The position numbers and the translations under genes were made by a program. A stretch of DNA of 32,000 bases, taken from contig NC_007614.1 of the NCBI RefSeq assembly GCF_000196355.1, forward strand, positions 1,770,001 through 1,802,000, written 5' to 3'. A model generated the notes under the pieces. That model was not told where the DNA came from and searched no databases. It saw nothing but the letters and a program-made list of their open reading frames with translations. Positions 8,738 through 19,507 of the stretch are shown piece after piece (position 1 is the stretch's first letter; every line of letters starts with the position of its first letter). This DNA comes from Nitrosospira multiformis ATCC 25196. GTDB taxonomy: Bacteria; Pseudomonadota; Gammaproteobacteria; Burkholderiales; Nitrosomonadaceae.

Positions 8738-9967
8738 TCACCCGGTTCCGTGCTGCCTGCGGTAGCGGCCCAGAAAACTTCCAACCCGGCTAATGGCTTC
8801 AGTCAGGTCGTCACTGTTAGGGAGAAATACAACACGGAAATGATCTGGATATGGCCAGTTGAAACCGCTACCCTGCACCAGCAGCACCTTCTCTTCCAAC
8901 AGTAAATTCAGCACAAATTGCTCGTCATCCTCGATCGGATAGATCGCGGGGTCCAGGCGGGGGAACAGATACATTGCTGCTCGTGGCTTATAGCACGATA
9001 CGCCCGGGATCTCCGTCAACATTTTCCAGGCGAGATCGCGTTGCCGCATAAGACGCCCCGTGGGCATGACCAGATCCTTGATGCTTTGATACCCCCCCAA
9101 CGCCGTTTGGATACCAAACTGCGAAGGAACATTTGCACACAACCGCATGGAGGCCAGCATGGTCAGACCAGCGATATAGTCGCTCGCATAGTGTTTTGTT
9201 CCGGAGACCACTGCCCATCCCGAGCGAAACCCTGCGGCACGATAATTCTTGGACAACCCGTTCAATGTAACGAACAGCACATCATCCGCCAGGGACGCAA
9301 TCGAAGTGTGGGTCGCATCTTCGTACAAGACTTTGTCATAGATTTCGTCGGCGTAGACGATGAGTTGATGCTGACGTGCAATCTCGATGATTTCACGCAA
9401 CACTTCGTCCGGATAAAGCGCACCTGTCGGATTATTCGGATTGATGACAACGATCGCACGGGTGTTCGAGCTCACCTTCGAGCGAATATCCTCCAGATCA
9501 GGCAACCAGCCCGATTGCTCGTCACACACATAATGACGCGGAGTCCCGCCTGCCAGCACCACCGCTGCTGTCCACAACGGGTAATCGGGTGAAGGAATCA
9601 AAACCTCATCACCCGTATTCAGCAGCGCCTGCATCGCCATCACGATCAGTTCGGAAACGCCGTTGCCGATGTATATATCCTCCAGCCGGACATCCTCGAT
9701 GCGCTTCTCCTGCGTGTAATGCATGATGGCCTTGCGTGCCGCAAACAATCCTTTCGAGTCGCAATAACCGGATGCGGCGGAAAGGTTATGCATCACGTCC
9801 TGCAGGATTTCTTCGGGAGCTTCGAAACCGAATGATGCCGGATTCCCGATATTGAGCTTGATGATACGGTGCCCTTCCTCTTCCATTTGCCGCGCCCGGT
9901 CGAGCACCGGTCCGCGAATGTCATAGCATACATTGGCCAACTTGCTGGATTTGAGAATGGGCTGCAT
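8738..9967 (-). CDS. alaA: PLP-dependent alanine (glutamate-pyruvate) aminotransferase, AlaA/YfbQ-like
   Basis: As I recall the E. coli AlaA sequence, this 409-aa ORF aligns with it nearly end to end. Shared strings include SSKLANVCYDIRGPV, LNIGNPA.FGF, GYCDSKGL, IYIGNGVSELI, NPNNPTGA, GLSKNYRAAGFR, MRLCANVP and VQGSGFNWPYPDHFR. Confidence 0.9.
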   Translation of the reverse strand: MQPILKSSKLANVCYDIRGPVLDRARQMEEEGHRIIKLNIGNPASFGFEAPEEILQDVMHNLSAASGYCDSKGLFAARKAIMHYTQEKRIEDVRLEDIYIGNGVSELIVMAMQALLNTGDEVLIPSPDYPLWTAAVVLAGGTPRHYVCDEQSGWLPDLEDIRSKVSSNTRAIVVINPNNPTGALYPDEVLREIIEIARQHQLIVYADEIYDKVLYEDATHTSIASLADDVLFVTLNGLSKNYRAAGFRSGWAVVSGTKHYASDYIAGLTMLASMRLCANVPSQFGIQTALGGYQSIKDLVMPTGRLMRQRDLAWKMLTEIPGVSCYKPRAAMYLFPRLDPAIYPIEDDEQFVLNLLLEEKVLLVQGSGFNWPYPDHFRVVFLPNSDDLTEAISRVGSFLGRYRRQHGTG

Positions 9968-10183
9968 CAGATAGGGGAAGGATGGGTGGCAAAAGCCTTA
10001 CGGCAAAGGTCAGGGACGGCGCTTTGCAAGGCCGGATTCAGATGGAAATACGTAACCGGAAACGCCCGCGAGTGTTGGGTGTTGAAAATCAAGAGATTCT
10101 GTCGTTCCCGCTTTATTCGACGCAAAACCTTTATCGCAACGGGAAAAAGATGTAATGTTACCCGACCCGCTAAACTGCCGCAA

Positions 10184-10564
10184 ATGGAGTCTCGTGTGAA
10201 ACTGCATCTTTCCGGTCCCACCGGGCACAACCTGTTTACCGGTTATGGAACCGACTACGTCATGATCAATCATGTACGCTACGATCATAGCCTGATCGTG
10301 TTGCCCGATCGCCTGATCGAAGAGTGGGAGGCAAAAACGTTCGAGGAACTCAATACTGAACACTTCCGGTTCATCCTCTCGCTGCAACCGGAAATGGTCC
10401 TCTTCGGAACGGGCGCCACATTGCGCTTTCCCCATCCGCAGCTTACCAGAAGCCTGATCGAGTCCGGCATTGGCATAGAAGTGATGGATACCGCTGCCGC
10501 CTGTCGCACTTACAACATATTATCCGCGGAAGAACGACGGGTAGCGGCTGCATTATTGATTTAA
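10184..10564 (+). CDS. Mth938-like (DUF498) domain protein
   Basis: The 231-aa ORF in the track extends 5' over the alaA start on the opposite strand. The conserved part begins at ATG 10184 (MESRVKLHLSG...) and contains VLFGTGATLRFPHP and EVMDTAAACRTYNIL..E.R.VAAALL, typical of this family. A GTG at 10196 is an alternative start. Confidence 0.75.
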   Translation: MESRVKLHLSGPTGHNLFTGYGTDYVMINHVRYDHSLIVLPDRLIEEWEAKTFEELNTEHFRFILSLQPEMVLFGTGATLRFPHPQLTRSLIESGIGIEVMDTAAACRTYNILSAEERRVAAALLI

Positions 10565-10593
10565 CCAGATTGATAAACATCGAGGAGCAACGC

Positions 10594-10965
10594 ATGCAAT
10601 CCAATCCAGTCGGGTGGTTTGAAATTTATGTACAGGACATGGAACGCGCAAAAACGTTCTACGAAGGCGTTCTGCAAGGGAAGCTCGAGCGGATACCAAG
10701 CCCCGATATAGAACTGTGGGCCTTCCCCATGTCGGAGGAAGTCTACGGAGCGGCGGGCGCGCTAGCGAAAATGGAGGGTTGCCCGTCCGGCGGAAGCAGC
10801 ACTCTGGTTTATTTCAAATGTGAAGATTGTGCGGTAGAGGCCGCGCGTGCTGCCGAGCATGGTGGACGTGTTTTCAAGGAAAAAATGTCCATCGGTAAAT
10901 ATGGTTTCATCGCCCTGGTCCTCGACACCGAAGGCAATATGATCGGGTTACATTCGATGCAATAA
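10594..10965 (+). CDS. VOC family (glyoxalase/bleomycin-resistance fold) protein
   Basis: The ORF starts MQSNPVGWFEIYVQDMERAKTFYEGV and ends GFIALVLDTEGNMIGLHS. The ATG at 10594 is preceded by GAGGAG with a 6-nt spacer. The TTG at 10570 given in the track is less likely. Confidence 0.8.
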   Translation: MQSNPVGWFEIYVQDMERAKTFYEGVLQGKLERIPSPDIELWAFPMSEEVYGAAGALAKMEGCPSGGSSTLVYFKCEDCAVEAARAAEHGGRVFKEKMSIGKYGFIALVLDTEGNMIGLHSMQ

Positions 10966-11193
10966 ACTCATCGACCGCTTCATCCGGAAAGCGGATTATC
11001 TCGTACTCACAGCAACTCCCCCTATCCTCCTCGCACAGCTTGCAACTTGCATAAAAAAACCTTTAGCGGCGTAAGGATCTTCGCCAGGGTTGAACAAACG
11101 GATCCGCGGACTGGGCAAGTGGCGTGAAAGACTGAAAACTGCGGATGCTCCCGTCATTCCCGCGGAGATTGCTTCTGTCTCTCGCCCTGCCGA

Positions 11194-12432
11194 TTATTCC
11201 TTTGCATCTTCCCTCGGAAAAAGTTGGGTTCGAACCCGTTCCCGCCACAGTTCTATCCAGCCAGGCACATCCTCCGGCAGCAGAGGGCGCGAGACAAAAG
11301 CTCCTTGCGCAAGATCGCACCCTGTACGGCGCAGAAGTTCCCAATCCTCCTGATCCTGTACGCCTTCCGCCACGACTTCCATATTCAATTGTCGTGCCAG
11401 GGACAAGCTCGCGTCGTAAATTGCCCGCAAGGTCTCATCCGTCGATGCGCGATGTACGAAACCCTGATCTATCTTGAGTTCGTCGAAAGGAATGTCGCGT
11501 AACTGGGCCAGTGATGAATGCCCTGTGCCAAAATCATCGATGGAAAGGCGGAAACGCTTCAAACGCAGCCGCGTCAGAATCTCAAGGGGCGCCCGTGTAT
11601 CCTGCATCAGTCGGCTTTCAGTTACTTCCAGCACCACATTTTGCGGGGCTATCCCCTCCTTTGCCGCGGCTTCCGCCACAAAATTCAGAAAATCGATCGA
11701 CGCGAGGTTATCCATGGAAACGTTGACGGCAATCCGCAGTGGCAGCCTGGCTTCCTGCCAGGCTTTTGCCTGAGTCATGGCGGCAGTAAATACGGTCTGA
11801 GTCAAATCATCGATCAACCCTGAAGCTTCCGCCACTCCAATGAACTGATCTGGAAATACTATTCCGTCCCTAGGGTGACGCCATCTTACAAGTGTCTCTA
11901 CGCCGACCACTTCACCACTCGCCACTGCGACCTTGGGCTGATAATAGTTGATCAGTTCACTCTCTTTTAGGGCGGCACGAAGCTCATCCGCGCTGTAGAC
12001 TTTCTTCGCTGTACCTGGGGCACTGGCGGAAGGCGGCGCCCACTTTCCCAGCATGGCAGCCAGAGCGTCAGGCGTCACGGGTTTATGCAGGTAACCCAAT
12101 ATGGGGATTTTGTGAGCACGCACGAGTTTTTCAGTGGTCTGAAGTATGCGTTCATCCTCACCACTGACCAATATGAGGCTGCCGGGATAGTGAAGATCCA
12201 CGAGGTGCCGCACAAACTCGATCCCATCCATTCCGGGCATGTTGAGATCCAGCAGTATCACATCGGGTACTGTATCAGCGTCCGTATTGGCTATTTTCTC
12301 CAGCGCGGTCCCCCCGCTATCACACAGCGTGATCGAGGCATATCCGAGATTGGATAAAATGCGATTCAACAGCTTGAGCATGAAAGACTCATCGTCAAGC
12401 ACCAGAATCTTCACTGCCGATCGTTCGACCAT
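11194..12432 (-). CDS. Response regulator with a receiver (REC) domain and an EAL c-di-GMP phosphodiesterase domain
   Basis: The N-terminus is REC-like (ILVLDDESFMLK...ILLDLNMPGMDG...K). The C-terminal EAL domain appears to have intact catalytic motifs: YQPKV...GVETLVRW, LEVTES, SIDDFGTGHSSL, LKIDQGFV, VAEGVQ and AQGAF. Confidence 0.9.
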   Translation of the reverse strand: MVERSAVKILVLDDESFMLKLLNRILSNLGYASITLCDSGGTALEKIANTDADTVPDVILLDLNMPGMDGIEFVRHLVDLHYPGSLILVSGEDERILQTTEKLVRAHKIPILGYLHKPVTPDALAAMLGKWAPPSASAPGTAKKVYSADELRAALKESELINYYQPKVAVASGEVVGVETLVRWRHPRDGIVFPDQFIGVAEASGLIDDLTQTVFTAAMTQAKAWQEARLPLRIAVNVSMDNLASIDFLNFVAEAAAKEGIAPQNVVLEVTESRLMQDTRAPLEILTRLRLKRFRLSIDDFGTGHSSLAQLRDIPFDELKIDQGFVHRASTDETLRAIYDASLSLARQLNMEVVAEGVQDQEDWELLRRTGCDLAQGAFVSRPLLPEDVPGWIELWRERVRTQLFPREDAKE

Positions 12433-12515
12433 AACGTTTATCTTTTCAGTTATTGTTCAGTCAGGTTTCTGAATTCGAACATCGCTGGGGGCAACCTGTC
12501 TATCAGCCGACGATA

Positions 12516-15500
12516 TTATGCCAATGAGCCGATATACTTATCCACAGCGGCGAATTCCGATTCGAAAGATGGCAATAGCTCATTCAACCGAGTCATGTCA
12601 CCCGCCTTGCCCGCCTGTTCCATTTGAGCGCACAACTCACCCAATTGCAATGCGCCTATGGAGCGAGCCGAGGACTTAAGCTTGTGTCCGATACCGCCGG
12701 CTATTTTCGCATCACCGGCCAGACACGCTGCCTGCAACTCCTCTGCTGTTTTTCGTGCACTCGCCCGGAAATCCTGGAGGAATTCATTGATCACGGCGGG
12801 GTCGTTCCCTACAAGTTGTTCAAGGATATGGACATCGACAGGTTTTGCCACAACCGTGGATAGAGCGGGGGCGCCGGTAGCAGCAGATTCCCCGGGCGTA
12901 GCGGGAGCAACAGGTATGGCGGAAGGCGCGATAGAACCTGGTGGAGCCAGTTCGAGCAATTCAGTGCTGCTGCCGGGAGAAGGAAGCCACTTCTGTAGCA
13001 CCGCTTTCAAATGCGAGAGCTGCACCGGCTTGCTCAAATAGTCATCCATGCCCACCGCCCGGCAATGTTCAGCCTCACCCTTGAGTGCATTGGCCGTAAT
13101 GGCAATAATCGGCTTGCGCGCAGCGCCTTGCTCCCCCTCTTTGAGGCGAATTGCCGCGGTCAGTTGATACCCGTCGATTTCCGGCATATGCAAGTCTGTC
13201 AGCAGCAATGCATAGTTGTTGCTTTCCCAGCGTTTGAGCGCCTCCCCTCCATCCTTCGCAATATCCGCCGCATAACCGAGCAGGGAAAGCTGCTGCCGGA
13301 TCACTTTCTGGTTGATTTCGCTGTCTTCAGCGACGAGAATGAGCCTGCCTTCACTGAGTGCCTTTTCTCGCGACGGCAACGCTACCGCCTTCACCTCCTC
13401 GGAGGGCGGGACGGGTAATTCCTCCTGCAGCCTTCCGGCAGCGAGCGCGACTGCCCGCAGGAAGGCGTCACGGTGCATGACATCGCCATCCAGCGTAACG
13501 GTATCGACCTCTTCGGTACGCTCATGCCGCCTCCGCCCGCGACGAATGACGACAAAGCGGGGCTCAATATCAGGCTCGTGATGGCCGTGCTCGAGGACTA
13601 CGAAATGCGGATCCAGGTCAGGACGGGAACGGAAGGCGGCACGCAACTCTTCAAGGGGGGGTGTTTCATGCCCGGCATCTATGACCAGCAGCCACAGGCC
13701 GGGCGGAAGTACCTCGATTCGCTTGAGTGCGGCTGGCAAATCGATCACTCGCTCTGCAACCGCGCCGCTGTATCTCAGATATACCGCCAGATCGTCCGCC
13801 AAACCTTTTTCAGCACCGATTACCAGGCAGGAGATGCCGGTGAGATCGATAACCTTATCTTCCATGTGCGAGGAAGGAATGAGGTCAAAGCTCAACCGCA
13901 CAGTGAAAACCGACCCTTCGCCCGGAGCACTCCGGACCTGGATACTCCCTCCCATCAATTCCACCAGATGATGAGTGATCGCCAGCCCCAGTCCGGTTCC
14001 ACCATACCGCCGGGTGGTGGACGTATCTCCTTGGGTAAAAGAGGTGAAAAGCCGCGACTGTACCTCCTCGTTCATGCCTATGCCATTATCGGTTATCTCG
14101 AATTCCACCGTTACCGTATCCTGGTCGTGCTCAACGAGCAGCGCACGCACCGACACCCGCCCCGGCTCCTGTAATCCGCTGGAAAACTTGATAGCGTTAT
14201 TGGCAAGATTGACGAGCACTTGGCGCAACCGCAGTGCATCACCGAGGACTTCATCAGGTATCGCCGGGTCGAGAAACAGGGTAAGTTCCACAGCTTTCCT
14301 GGCAGCCAGGCTTTCGAGCATGGCACATGCTTTTTCCACGACCTTTTCCACGGACATCGGCGCCTGCTCGATTTCGAGTCTTCCTGCTTCGATTTTTGAA
14401 AAATCCAGGATATCCTCGATGATTTCCAGCAGCGCAAAAGCCGATTCACGGATGAGATCGACCATCTCCATCTGATAACCGCTCAGGCTGGTTTGCTGCA
14501 GCACGTCAGCCATGCCGATCACGCCATTCATGGGAGTGCGTATCTCGTGGCTCATGGCTGCAAGAAAGATGGATTTTGCCTCGTTGGCCTGCTCCGCCTC
14601 ATGCCGAGCCTGTTCGAGGTCCTTGAGAATCCTGATTCTCTCACTGACATTGATGCCGGACGGAATCAGCTTGATCACCTTGCCTTTATCATCACGCACC
14701 GGTACCAGCATGAAATCGATTGTCATGAGATCGCCATTGGCAATGCGAATCGCAACGTCATGGCGCACGATCTCGCCCGCCACTGCCCGCCGGATGTCGT
14801 CGCGGATCTGTTGTTGCACCTCCGGCTTATAGGAAAACCATTCGGTCTCGGACAAACATTTGCCAATGACATCTCCGCTCTGCAGGCCGCCCACCTCCAG
14901 AGCGGTGCGATTCATCTCCACCAGCACTCCATCGGGGGTCATTTCGCCAACAAGAGCGGCCAGATTATCCACGATGGCTCGAAAACGTTGTTCACTGTTG
15001 CGCAAAGCCTGTTCGACCCGCTTGCGTTCGCGGATATCGCGCAAAACCCCGGTGAAATAACGTTTGCCCCCCACGAAGTATTCACTGACTGCGACATACA
15101 GATCGATGAGTTCACCATTCTTGTGCCGGCCTTCCACTTCGCGGCCCATGCCGATGTTATGCACTCCTTCGACTTCCAGCGTCAGAATGTGATCGAATTC
15201 GCACCGCCCCCTTCCGGTCCGGTAGTATCTTTCGACGTATCCCTCATGACCGCTGCGGAAAGGTTCGGGCATCAGAATGGAGACGGGTTGACCGATTACT
15301 TCCTCCCGGGTGTAACCGAAGAGTTTTTCGATAACGGGATTGACCGAGCGTATTATGCTTTTGTCGTCGATCGTAATGATGCAGTCCACCATGTGCTCCA
15401 CGATCGAGCGCATTTCCTCTTCCTTGCTGATGAGCACTGCATTCGCCTGCTCCAGGTCAGCTGTGCGTTCGGCAACATGGTTTTCGAGGTCCTGGTTGAG

Positions 15501-16709
15501 CTGGCGCAAATCGTTTTCAGCTACATCTCGCTGGCGATTGCTGGCGGTCAGGCGCTCGGTCATTGTGTTGAAAGTACTGGCGAGCTGGCCGATTTCGTCC
15601 CATCCCGCAACGGGAACACGCTGCTTGAGATTTCCACCGGCGATGTGCTGCGCGCTATGGCTGAGATTTTTCAGTGTGGTAACCACGCGCCTGCTGAACA
15701 GCAAAGCTCCCAGCATGGCAGCAATCAGGATGAAGCCCAGGACGATCAAGCTGTAGTTGCGCACCCTCGGAACAAAAGCAAACACTTCCTCAGCATCCAT
15801 CTTGACCTCGATACCCCAGTTCATGCGCGGCAGGTAACGCCAGGCGGCCACCACTTCCTTGTTGCGGTAATCCATTTTCACTCCGCCCCCCCGCTCTCCG
15901 TGCAATCCGCTATGAACTACAATTGAAAATGGTGGAGTGGAGAGAGGTATCCTGTATTGCAGTGCGGCATTCGACTGATGCTTGAGCGGCGCGATCACAA
16001 GCGCAGTGCGATCGTTGAGAAGGCGCGTTACGACAGTTTCACCGCTTGTTCCCAGTCCCACATTATCAGTGACAACCTCGAACACGCGTTCGCTGTAGAT
16101 TTGCAGCGCCAAAACACCTTCCAGTTTTCCATCAGCCATGATGGGCAATGCCATGAAGGCGGCAATTGCGCCTCTCGAGGGCGGGTAGTATTCGAAATCC
16201 GAGACGCCGCTCTGCAAGGTATTGAGTGCAGCACGCACAACAAAGGCAAAACCGCTGTTTCGATACGGGCCGGTGATCAAGCTCGTCGCAAAATCCGATT
16301 CATGGGCTTGGCTGTAGACGATTTCACCTTGGGGGGAGATGAGGAATAGATCGTAATACCCCGCATCCTCTACGAAGCGCTTGAAATGTTCGCGATAAAA
16401 TGTATCCAGTTGCCGATAGGCATTGGAGTCCACTCCACTCTTCACGTACACCCGGCTGAAGTCCTGTATAGCCATGCGTGTCGTACTGGTTGTCTGGATC
16501 ACCCTCGCGTCCAGCAAACGCTCGCGCAGATAGCTGTCAATCTGTTCCGCTTTCATGTCGGCGATTGCTGATACCTGTTGAATCGCGCTTTTTTCCGCCT
16601 CCGTCTCAAAGGTGCCCAACAGGGCATAACCAATGATCAGGATAGGCAGCAAGGAAACGGCTACAAACCAGACAGCAAAACGCTGTGTAAGCGAGGTAAA
16701 GCGTATCAT
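12516..16709 (-). CDS. Hybrid sensor histidine kinase. Domain order is TM, Cache-like periplasmic domain, TM, HAMP, two PAS, HisKA, HATPase, a degenerate receiver-like segment, REC and HPt.
   Basis: Motifs seen are the H-box [16 protein letters not shown]-box [11 protein letters not shown]-boxes DNGIGM and GGTGLGLAI, a receiver ([13 protein letters not shown]...[13 protein letters not shown]...K) and the HPt motif [13 protein letters not shown]. The preferred start is ATG 16709 (MIRFTSL). It lies 4 nt after the upstream gene's stop and has GGAGGG 7 nt upstream. The GTG at 16739 in the track overlaps the upstream gene. Confidence 0.9.
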   Translation of the reverse strand: MIRFTSLTQRFAVWFVAVSLLPILIIGYALLGTFETEAEKSAIQQVSAIADMKAEQIDSYLRERLLDARVIQTTSTTRMAIQDFSRVYVKSGVDSNAYRQLDTFYREHFKRFVEDAGYYDLFLISPQGEIVYSQAHESDFATSLITGPYRNSGFAFVVRAALNTLQSGVSDFEYYPPSRGAIAAFMALPIMADGKLEGVLALQIYSERVFEVVTDNVGLGTSGETVVTRLLNDRTALVIAPLKHQSNAALQYRIPLSTPPFSIVVHSGLHGERGGGVKMDYRNKEVVAAWRYLPRMNWGIEVKMDAEEVFAFVPRVRNYSLIVLGFILIAAMLGALLFSRRVVTTLKNLSHSAQHIAGGNLKQRVPVAGWDEIGQLASTFNTMTERLTASNRQRDVAENDLRQLNQDLENHVAERTADLEQANAVLISKEEEMRSIVEHMVDCIITIDDKSIIRSVNPVIEKLFGYTREEVIGQPVSILMPEPFRSGHEGYVERYYRTGRGRCEFDHILTLEVEGVHNIGMGREVEGRHKNGELIDLYVAVSEYFVGGKRYFTGVLRDIRERKRVEQALRNSEQRFRAIVDNLAALVGEMTPDGVLVEMNRTALEVGGLQSGDVIGKCLSETEWFSYKPEVQQQIRDDIRRAVAGEIVRHDVAIRIANGDLMTIDFMLVPVRDDKGKVIKLIPSGINVSERIRILKDLEQARHEAEQANEAKSIFLAAMSHEIRTPMNGVIGMADVLQQTSLSGYQMEMVDLIRESAFALLEIIEDILDFSKIEAGRLEIEQAPMSVEKVVEKACAMLESLAARKAVELTLFLDPAIPDEVLGDALRLRQVLVNLANNAIKFSSGLQEPGRVSVRALLVEHDQDTVTVEFEITDNGIGMNEEVQSRLFTSFTQGDTSTTRRYGGTGLGLAITHHLVELMGGSIQVRSAPGEGSVFTVRLSFDLIPSSHMEDKVIDLTGISCLVIGAEKGLADDLAVYLRYSGAVAERVIDLPAALKRIEVLPPGLWLLVIDAGHETPPLEELRAAFRSRPDLDPHFVVLEHGHHEPDIEPRFVVIRRGRRRHERTEEVDTVTLDGDVMHRDAFLRAVALAAGRLQEELPVPPSEEVKAVALPSREKALSEGRLILVAEDSEINQKVIRQQLSLLGYAADIAKDGGEALKRWESNNYALLLTDLHMPEIDGYQLTAAIRLKEGEQGAARKPIIAITANALKGEAEHCRAVGMDDYLSKPVQLSHLKAVLQKWLPSPGSSTELLELAPPGSIAPSAIPVAPATPGESAATGAPALSTVVAKPVDVHILEQLVGNDPAVINEFLQDFRASARKTAEELQAACLAGDAKIAGGIGHKLKSSARSIGALQLGELCAQMEQAGKAGDMTRLNELLPSFESEFAAVDKYIGSLA

Positions 16710-16713
16710 CGTC

Positions 16714-18045
16714 TCACCCTCCCGGCTTCGGGGAAGCACCGGCGGGTTTTCCCTTGAATTGTGTGGTCTGCAGGATCGGAGGCGTGTTCAGCACCTTCTC
16801 CAGCAGGACGTTCCACTCTTCACGCGACCGATAGGACGGGAATGGCGATGGTTCCAGCGGTCGCGTGGAATCCCACACAATATCGAATTGGCCGTCTTCC
16901 CGCACTTTGCCAACCCGGGCCACTTTCCATGCGTGGCGCGTAACCGGATCAAGCGCGACGATCCCCTCCGGGGCAGGAAGGCTTTGACGCAGGATCAATC
17001 TTTGTACCTTTGCCAGGTTACCTGAGCCCGCCTCGGCGGCGGCCTGGATCCACATGCGCACGTTGACGTAGGAGGCTTCCGCTGGGCTGTCAACGACTGC
17101 TTGCTCCCCATAACGGTCGTGGAACCGCTTGACGAATGCCTGATTCTCCGGCGAAGGAATGGTTTGGAAATAATTCCGGACAGCGAAGTGTCCCGTCATT
17201 GGTATCTTATCCTGTCCCGACAGCACTACTTCGGTAACGCTGAACGACAATACCGGGGTGCTCTCCGCTGTGATTCCCCTCCTGTTCAATGTTTGAAAGA
17301 ACCCGGCGTTATAGGCGCCCGCAATCGTGCTCAATATCAGATCGGGCTGTTGATCCACGATATCCTCTACAAGAGATTCCATGTTTTGGGAACCAAGAGG
17401 CAGATAATATTCCCCCGCTACGATTCCGCCGTTTACTGCCAGAACATCCTTGATAAGAATATTCACGACTCGCGAAAAAACATTCTCTGATCCTGCTAGA
17501 TAGACCCGTTTGCCACTATGACGTGCATGTTTCCGGTTACCTAGATTTTCCAGGGCCCAGTACACAGCAGGCATCACCAATTGATTTGGTACTGCACCTC
17601 CGTAGATGATATTAGGCGACTGTTCCATACCCTCATACCGCAGCGCATAAAACAGCAGGTGATCGTGTCGTTCTACAACCGATTTCACCGCGTTGCGGCA
17701 GGTAGAAGTCCAGCAACCGAATAATGCCTCCACTCTCTCTTCGAGAATCAGGCGTTCGGCCTCCCGGGCGCAATGACCCGCGTCTGACCTGCAATCCGCT
17801 ACCACAGCTTCAATTTCATGACCGTGGATTCCTCCCGCCGCATTGGCCTCCTCAACGGCCAACTGTATTGCATCAATCAACGGCTTCTCGCTTGCAGCTA
17901 GGACCCCGGAGAGGGAGTGGAGCACGCCTATCCTGATGCTCGGCTTACTTCCAGCAAGATACTGCCATACCACCGCCGCCATGATCACGAGAACAATTAA
18001 CAGAATCAGGGGAATACCCAGTTTATGGTTGCCCTTCAATGCCAC
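16714..18045 (-). CDS. Membrane-anchored type I periplasmic binding protein of the UrtA/AmiC/FmdD (urea and short-chain amide binding) type
   Basis: The 443-aa ORF has one N-terminal hydrophobic helix ([17 protein letters not shown]). This is followed by [37 protein letters not shown] and [12 protein letters not shown], then [10 protein letters not shown]. These match the UrtA/AmiC signature as I remember it. The start codon is uncertain by 2 codons (GTG 18045 or TTG 18039). Confidence 0.85.
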   Translation of the reverse strand: MALKGNHKLGIPLILLIVLVIMAAVVWQYLAGSKPSIRIGVLHSLSGVLAASEKPLIDAIQLAVEEANAAGGIHGHEIEAVVADCRSDAGHCAREAERLILEERVEALFGCWTSTCRNAVKSVVERHDHLLFYALRYEGMEQSPNIIYGGAVPNQLVMPAVYWALENLGNRKHARHSGKRVYLAGSENVFSRVVNILIKDVLAVNGGIVAGEYYLPLGSQNMESLVEDIVDQQPDLILSTIAGAYNAGFFQTLNRRGITAESTPVLSFSVTEVVLSGQDKIPMTGHFAVRNYFQTIPSPENQAFVKRFHDRYGEQAVVDSPAEASYVNVRMWIQAAAEAGSGNLAKVQRLILRQSLPAPEGIVALDPVTRHAWKVARVGKVREDGQFDIVWDSTRPLEPSPFPSYRSREEWNVLLEKVLNTPPILQTTQFKGKPAGASPKPGG

Positions 18046-18146
18046 CCTCTTCGATAGGAGCCGGAAAATACCGCATCTGATCCCTTCATCGCTATTTCCA
18101 TCATAGACTTGATAGGAGGATGGCGAAACGCCTTCGGAGAAATTCT

Positions 18147-18174
18147 GTTGAAAACAAGGTTTCCTGTTTTCAAC
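18147..18174. promoter_or_regulatory. Perfect 10-bp inverted repeat with an 8-nt spacer, upstream of the sensory operon
   Basis: The sequence is gttgaaaaca-aggtttcc-tgttttcaac. It lies ~100 nt upstream of the binding-protein start and ~200 nt downstream of the HDAC-family stop. No U-tract follows it on either strand. Confidence 0.4.
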
Positions 18175-18373
18175 CTGATTCTCCTCCTTTTGACCTGTAT
18201 CCCTCTTCTCCGTTCGTCCTGAAGCCTTCGGCGTCGGGATAGGCTCGGCTCAGGACATTCCCCATTCCCTTTGGCGGGGCGCAAGAGATGCTCGAGGAAG
18301 GACTCTCAGGTAAACCGGAAGGGTCGAAGGGGTGCCGGGAAGAGTGGGCGTTGAAAAGGCGCGTTTTGAGCTG

Positions 18374-19318
18374 TCAGGGCTTCATAAGGACTTCTATATG
18401 CGCTGCCACGCTTCGTGCCAGCGCAGCCAACGCATACCCGCCTTCCAGCACCGATACGATACGTTTCCCGGCATAAGCGCGGGCAACCTCTTTGATTTTT
18501 TCAGTTACCCACGCGTAATCGTCTTCCACCAGATTCAGAGAAGCAAGCTCATCATCGGCATGAGCATCGAAACCAGCAGAAACAAACAACATTTGCGGTT
18601 TAAACCTTTCCAGCGCCGGCAACCAGAATTCATCCACTGCTTTGCGAAATACCTTGCCGTTGCTCCCCGCTGGCAGCGGGATGTTGACCATTCGCTCTGA
18701 ACGGCCTGCGATGCCGCTATATGGATAGAACGGGTGCTGAAATGTCGAGACCATCATGACGCGGGGATCGTGCTGAAAGATATCTTCCGTACCGTTGCCG
18801 TGATGCACGTCGAAGTCCACCACCGCGACACGTTTCAGAGCATGTGTTTCAAGCGCGTGAGCAACCGCTACGGCAATATTGTTGAACAGGCAGAAACCCA
18901 TCGGGTATCCGCGTTCCGCGTGGTGACCCGGGGGACGAATACTGCAAAATGCATTTTCCGCCGCTCCTTCTATCACGAGATCGGCAGCGAGGACAACAGC
19001 CCCCGCGGCCCGATAAGCTGCTCCAAGGCTGTGGCGGTTCATGGCGGTATCCGGATCAAGGTAGACGAAACCTCCCGAAGCCGCGCGGGATGCTGCAGCG
19101 TGCAACCTTGCAATATGCTCCCGTGTATGCACACGCTCCAGTTGGCCGACAGTCGCTAATGGCGCCTGATAGCGTCTAAGTTTATCCATCAGTCCTGAAG
19201 CAGACAGCTCGTCCTCGATCGCCTTCAGCCGCGCTGGACTCTCAGGATGATAAAAATCCATTTCGTGCAACAGGCAATCCGGATGGGAAATGAAAGCGGT
19301 ATGGGAAGCGGGTCGCAT
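18374..19318 (-). CDS. Histone deacetylase family protein (class II HDAC / acetylpolyamine amidohydrolase-like)
   Basis: The 314-aa ORF contains RPPGHHA, DFDVHHGNGT and SAGFDAH, followed by EGGY. These are the canonical Zn-dependent deacetylase motifs. A GAGAGG RBS lies 7 nt upstream of the ATG. Confidence 0.88.
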   Translation of the reverse strand: MRPASHTAFISHPDCLLHEMDFYHPESPARLKAIEDELSASGLMDKLRRYQAPLATVGQLERVHTREHIARLHAAASRAASGGFVYLDPDTAMNRHSLGAAYRAAGAVVLAADLVIEGAAENAFCSIRPPGHHAERGYPMGFCLFNNIAVAVAHALETHALKRVAVVDFDVHHGNGTEDIFQHDPRVMMVSTFQHPFYPYSGIAGRSERMVNIPLPAGSNGKVFRKAVDEFWLPALERFKPQMLFVSAGFDAHADDELASLNLVEDDYAWVTEKIKEVARAYAGKRIVSVLEGGYALAALARSVAAHIEVLMKP

Positions 19319-19507
19319 GGGCTACCTCTCTTGATGTCGTCTCGTTGCCTTTTCCGGATGTGTTTTCTGCAAATTGAACCCCTGTCCACTCCGTGCTAAT
19401 CTCATGGCTCAGGAATCCACCCCAGGTTGATAATTCCGTGACGCGCCGCCATCGCACCTGCGCAGGACATTTTCCTGAAGACGCTGTCTAAAACAATAAG
19501 GCGTTCA

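Noticed and set aside
9869-10183. A 105-codon N-terminal extension of the Mth938-like ORF
   Set aside because: The extension overlaps the alaA start on the other strand and crosses the divergent promoter region. Its sequence is not protein-like, and family members are ~125 aa.
11226-11237. GGGTTCGAACCC, resembling a tRNA T-arm
   Set aside because: It lies inside the 3' end of the REC-EAL coding sequence (codons for RVRTQ). No acceptor, D-arm or anticodon-arm pairing can be built around it.
14493-15926. A 477-aa plus-strand ORF, with other long antisense ORFs at 13473-14174 and 15957-16349
   Set aside because: It lies entirely antisense to the histidine kinase gene, whose motifs are unambiguous. 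The translation is low-complexity and His/Ala/Asp-rich with no recognisable motif. This is the typical shadow ORF of a moderately GC-rich gene.
18036-18284. An 82-aa minus-strand ORF rich in Arg (…RRRRLQDERRRGIQVKRRRIRLK…)
   Set aside because: It overlaps the start of the binding-protein gene and lies within the intergenic leader. Its composition is implausible for a folded protein, and no RBS is present.
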